From positions 1,758-65,757 of the forward strand of contig CAIJVD010000019.1 of assembly GCA_903824045.1 (NCBI GenBank): a stretch of 64,000 nucleotides of DNA, written 5' to 3'. This document shows positions 60,952-64,000 of the stretch, one piece after another (the stretch's first letter is position 1; each line of letters starts with the position of its first letter). The notes beneath the pieces were generated by a model, which was not told the origin of the DNA, did no database searches, and saw nothing but the letters and a program-made list of their open reading frames with translations. A program made the position numbers and the translations under genes. The DNA comes from an uncultured Chlorobiaceae bacterium. GTDB taxonomy: Bacteria > Bacteroidota > Chlorobiia > Chlorobiales > Chlorobiaceae.

Positions 60952-62526
60952 ATGGGTATTGTCATAAACCTGTTTTTAATTATCAGTGCTTCAGTTCTTT
61001 GCTTTGCAGCAGGTTTTCTCATCGGCAGGTTCTTTCTCGAAAGGCTTGGAACAACCAGAGTGCTCGAGGCTGAGGAACGCTCAGTGCAGATAGTGCAGGA
61101 GGCGCAGAAGGAGGCCAACGAATACAAGGAACTCAAGGTGACTGAAGTCAACCAGGAGTGGAAAAAGAAGCGCCGCGAGTTCGACCAGGAGGTGGTCATC
61201 AAGAACAACAAGTTCACCCAGCTTCAGAAGCAGATTCAGACGCGCGAAGGCCAGCTGAAAAAACAGAGCCAGGACCTGCGCGATGCGGAAGGCGAAATCC
61301 AGAGCCAGCGCAAGGAGATCGAGCAGACTATGGCGTCGGTAGCCCTTCGTTCCACCGAACTTGACCGCATCATTCTCGAACAGAACCAGCGTCTCGAAAG
61401 CATCAGCAACCTTCAGGCCGAAGAGGCCCGCCAGATGCTGATCGACAATATGGTTTCCAAGGCGCGCGAGGAGGCCACAGAAACCATTCACCAGATCCAC
61501 GAAGAGGCTGAACAGAATGCAGGTCGCCTTGCCGAAAAGACCCTGCTTACCGCCATTCAGCGCATCTCCTTCGAACAGGCCACCGAGAACGCGCTCTCTG
61601 TCGTTCACATCCAGAGCGACGAGCTCAAGGGTCGTATCATTGGTCGTGAAGGGCGCAACATCAAGGCCTTCGAAAATGCCACCGGCGTTGACATTATCGT
61701 TGACGACACTCCTGAGGTTGTCATTCTCTCCTGCTTCGACCCGCTTCGCAGGGAGCTCGCCAAGCTCACCCTCCAGAAGCTTCTTGTCGACGGCGTCATA
61801 CACCCGGTCGCTATCGAAAAAGCCTTCCAGGACGCAAAGAAGGAGATCGACGATGTTATCATGAGCGCCGGCGAAGAGGCCCTCTCATCGCTGCAGATCC
61901 CCGACATGCCGGCTGAGATCGTTTCGCTTATCGGTCACATGAAGTTCCATACGGTCTACGGCCAGAACCTCCTGATTCACAGCCGCGAGGTCGCCATGCT
62001 TGCCGGACTTATGGCGGCCGAGCTCAAGCTCGACGCCCGACTTGCAAAGCGCGCAGGCCTTCTCCACGATATCGGCCTCGTTCTTCCCGAAAGCGATCAG
62101 CCGCACGGCCTCAGCGGCATGAACTTCCTCCGCAAGTTCAACGAATCGCACGTCGTGCTTAATGCAGTTGGAGCCCATCACGGTGATGTTGGCAAGGACT
62201 CCGCCATTGCTGAACTGGTTGATGCTGCCAACACGATATCGCTCTCCAGACCCGGAGCCCGCGGTGCTGTAACTGCCGACGGTAACGTCAAGCGCCTCGA
62301 AAGCCTCGAAGAGATCGCAAAGGGATTCCCCGGAGTTCTGAAAACCTATGCGCTCCAGGCCGGAAGAGAGATCAGGGTCATCGTCGAAGGCGACAACGTC
62401 AGCGACTCGCAGGCAGATGTCCTCGCCCACGATATCGCCCACAAGATCGAATCCGAAGCGCAGTACCCCGGCCAGATCAAGGTATCTATCATCCGCGAAC
62501 GCCGTTCGATAGCCTACGCCAAATAA
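60952..62526 (+). CDS. rny: Ribonuclease Y
   Basis: N-terminal TM, coiled coil, KH (KGRIIGREGRNI), HD (GLLHDIG). Confidence 0.96.
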   Translation: MGIVINLFLIISASVLCFAAGFLIGRFFLERLGTTRVLEAEERSVQIVQEAQKEANEYKELKVTEVNQEWKKKRREFDQEVVIKNNKFTQLQKQIQTREGQLKKQSQDLRDAEGEIQSQRKEIEQTMASVALRSTELDRIILEQNQRLESISNLQAEEARQMLIDNMVSKAREEATETIHQIHEEAEQNAGRLAEKTLLTAIQRISFEQATENALSVVHIQSDELKGRIIGREGRNIKAFENATGVDIIVDDTPEVVILSCFDPLRRELAKLTLQKLLVDGVIHPVAIEKAFQDAKKEIDDVIMSAGEEALSSLQIPDMPAEIVSLIGHMKFHTVYGQNLLIHSREVAMLAGLMAAELKLDARLAKRAGLLHDIGLVLPESDQPHGLSGMNFLRKFNESHVVLNAVGAHHGDVGKDSAIAELVDAANTISLSRPGARGAVTADGNVKRLESLEEIAKGFPGVLKTYALQAGREIRVIVEGDNVSDSQADVLAHDIAHKIESEAQYPGQIKVSIIRERRSIAYAK

Positions 62527-62545
62527 CGCTGGCAGACCAGAAATA

Positions 62546-62586
62546 AAACAGCGAAGCCCCCGACATTGTCAGGGGCTTCGCTGTTT
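62546..62586. terminator. Bidirectional terminator between rny and hisB
   Basis: AAACAGCGAAGCCCC...GGGGCTTCGCTGTTT. Confidence 0.85.
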
Positions 62587-62775
62587 ACAGGCAACGCACC
62601 ATTCAATCCGAAATCTTTTCACTCTTTTTCCACTGGCGCTCCCCCCAAGCTGAAGAGTCGCGCAAATGCGGGCTCGGTGGCGTGAGCGTGGGAGCTCTTC
62701 TTTCTCCCCGCGCCGTCCACCCGCGTTCACGCCTTTGTCCACAACTCACCCTGTCCACCAGCGCACTTCCCGCGC

Positions 62776-63378
62776 TCAGATCACGCCTTTGGTCGAAACA
62801 ATTTCTGTGCCCGTCACCGCAACGGCCTGTTTCATGGCATAGGCGAACGCCTTGAAGATCGCCTCGATCTTGTGGTGCGTGTTCTGCCCCTCAAGCACCG
62901 AAACGTGGATGTTCGCCTTCAGGCTGCCCGACAGCGACAAAAAGAAGTGCTCCACCATCTCGGTCGAAAATCCCTGAATCACCGCGCGGCGGAACTCCGC
63001 CTTGAATACCGAAAAGCTTCTGCCCCCAAGATCGACCGCACAGCGGGCCAGCGCCTCATCCATCGGGATGATCGCCCAGCCATAGCGCTGGATTCCTACC
63101 TTGCCGCCGAGCGCCTCAACGATCGCGCTGCCAAGCACCAGAGCGATATCCTCAACGGTGTGATGGTCGTCAACCTCCAGGTCGCCCTTGCAGGTCAAGG
63201 AAAGGTCAAATCCCGAGTGGCGGCTGAAATTGGTCAGCATATGGTCGAGGAAGACTACTCCCGAATTGACGGCGCTTGTTCCAGTGCCATCAAGGGCTAC
63301 CGTTACGGTGATATCGGTCTCTTTGGTTTTTCTGCTTACCGTAGCTGTACGGGTTGCTCTTTTGGCTTTTTCAGGCAT
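62776..63378 (-). CDS. hisB: Imidazoleglycerol-phosphate dehydratase
   Basis: [36 protein letters not shown]. Confidence 0.96.
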   Translation of the reverse strand: MPEKAKRATRTATVSRKTKETDITVTVALDGTGTSAVNSGVVFLDHMLTNFSRHSGFDLSLTCKGDLEVDDHHTVEDIALVLGSAIVEALGGKVGIQRYGWAIIPMDEALARCAVDLGGRSFSVFKAEFRRAVIQGFSTEMVEHFFLSLSGSLKANIHVSVLEGQNTHHKIEAIFKAFAYAMKQAVAVTGTEIVSTKGVI

Positions 63379-63385
63379 GGAAGGT

Positions 63386-63628
63386 TCAGCGTAAGAATTT
63401 ATTAATAAGGTAAAGTGAGAGGCTAAACAGCAGGGAGATCCCCATCGAGGTGCCTATCGGAAAATATAACCGGAAGTTCTCCCGCTCTATCCTGATATCC
63501 AAAGGGAGATTGCCGATCCAGTTGAACCAGCTTGACGCTCCCCACCTCTCCGATGCTATCATGCAGAGCCCGACAACCACCGCTATCAACCCTCCAATCA
63601 CAACAAATTTTCCTGTAGCGGAGAACAT
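63386..63628 (-). CDS. DUF2905 family small membrane protein
   Basis: [22 protein letters not shown]. Confidence 0.82.
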   Translation of the reverse strand: MFSATGKFVVIGGLIAVVVGLCMIASERWGASSWFNWIGNLPLDIRIERENFRLYFPIGTSMGISLLFSLSLYLINKFLR

Positions 63629-63714
63629 GGTTTGGATATTTTTCAAAAGTTGCTAAATTATGCCCACTGTCGTATCAAGATACGATATTTGCAAATTTAA
63701 TAAAGCGGCAGCAA

Positions 63715-64000
63715 ATGCATGTTTTTATTGTCATTGTAGGTTTGCTCGCAGCGGTCATGCTCATCGGGGTCATTCTCCTGCAGAGCCCCAAAAGCGGCAG
63801 CGGCCTTACTGGCGGAATGGCAAGCCTCGGCACTGTCCAGACGCTCGGTGTACGACGTACCGGTGACTTTTTAAGCAAGACCACGGCAATTCTTGCTGGC
63901 GTAGTCATGTTGCTCTGCTTCATCGCACAGTTTACTCTTCCGGGCAGACAGGCTGACCCGACGGCAACCAAAAGCGTGCTTCAGCAACCTGTACCGGTAG
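63715..64000 (+). CDS. secG: Preprotein translocase subunit SecG (runs off window end)
   Basis: Manual translation [31 protein letters not shown]...[13 protein letters not shown]; absent from the ORF track. Confidence 0.9.
   Translation, partial: MHVFIVIVGLLAAVMLIGVILLQSPKSGSGLTGGMASLGTVQTLGVRRTGDFLSKTTAILAGVVMLLCFIAQFTLPGRQADPTATKSVLQQPVPV

Overview
A 64-kb chromosomal segment of a green sulfur bacterium (Chlorobiaceae). The assignment rests on csmJ/csmX chlorosome proteins, crtH, the tmRNA tag ADDYSYAMAA and the pheT-zapA-rny order. Most of the window is core genome: partial ppk1, pdaD, ilvD-ilvB, a tol-pal cluster with two Pal genes, dnaK, an ECF sigma/ZAS anti-sigma pair, crtH, mfd, a PhoB/PhoR-like pair, tmRNA, a SAM-I riboswitch with a Cys/Met PLP enzyme, trpF, metK-ahcY, five tRNAs, pheT, rny, hisB and partial secG. 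Accessory parts are a complete arsR-C-D-A-acr3 operon, a degraded mosaic next to ssrA (34.3-36.7 kb) and a variable block at 39-51 kb. I found no CRISPR array, intact prophage, integrase or transposase, and no large novel multi-gene system that I can support. The most interesting signals are cis-acting or subtle: (1) a Val/Leu/Ile-rich leader peptide with mutually exclusive hairpins before ilvD; (2) a correctly spaced sigma-54 promoter plus GACA-N3/4-TGTC dyads before dnaK; (3) a 19-bp perfect hairpin with a tandemly amplified arm between csmX and csmJ; (4) a two-type, BIME-like palindromic repeat family at four loci; (5) an alanine-dehydrogenase-like paralog lacking the catalytic Lys beside csmJ; (6) a prenol-kinase/DUF92 fusion; (7) a structured metK-ahcY leader. 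Family names come from recalled motifs; no database search was run.
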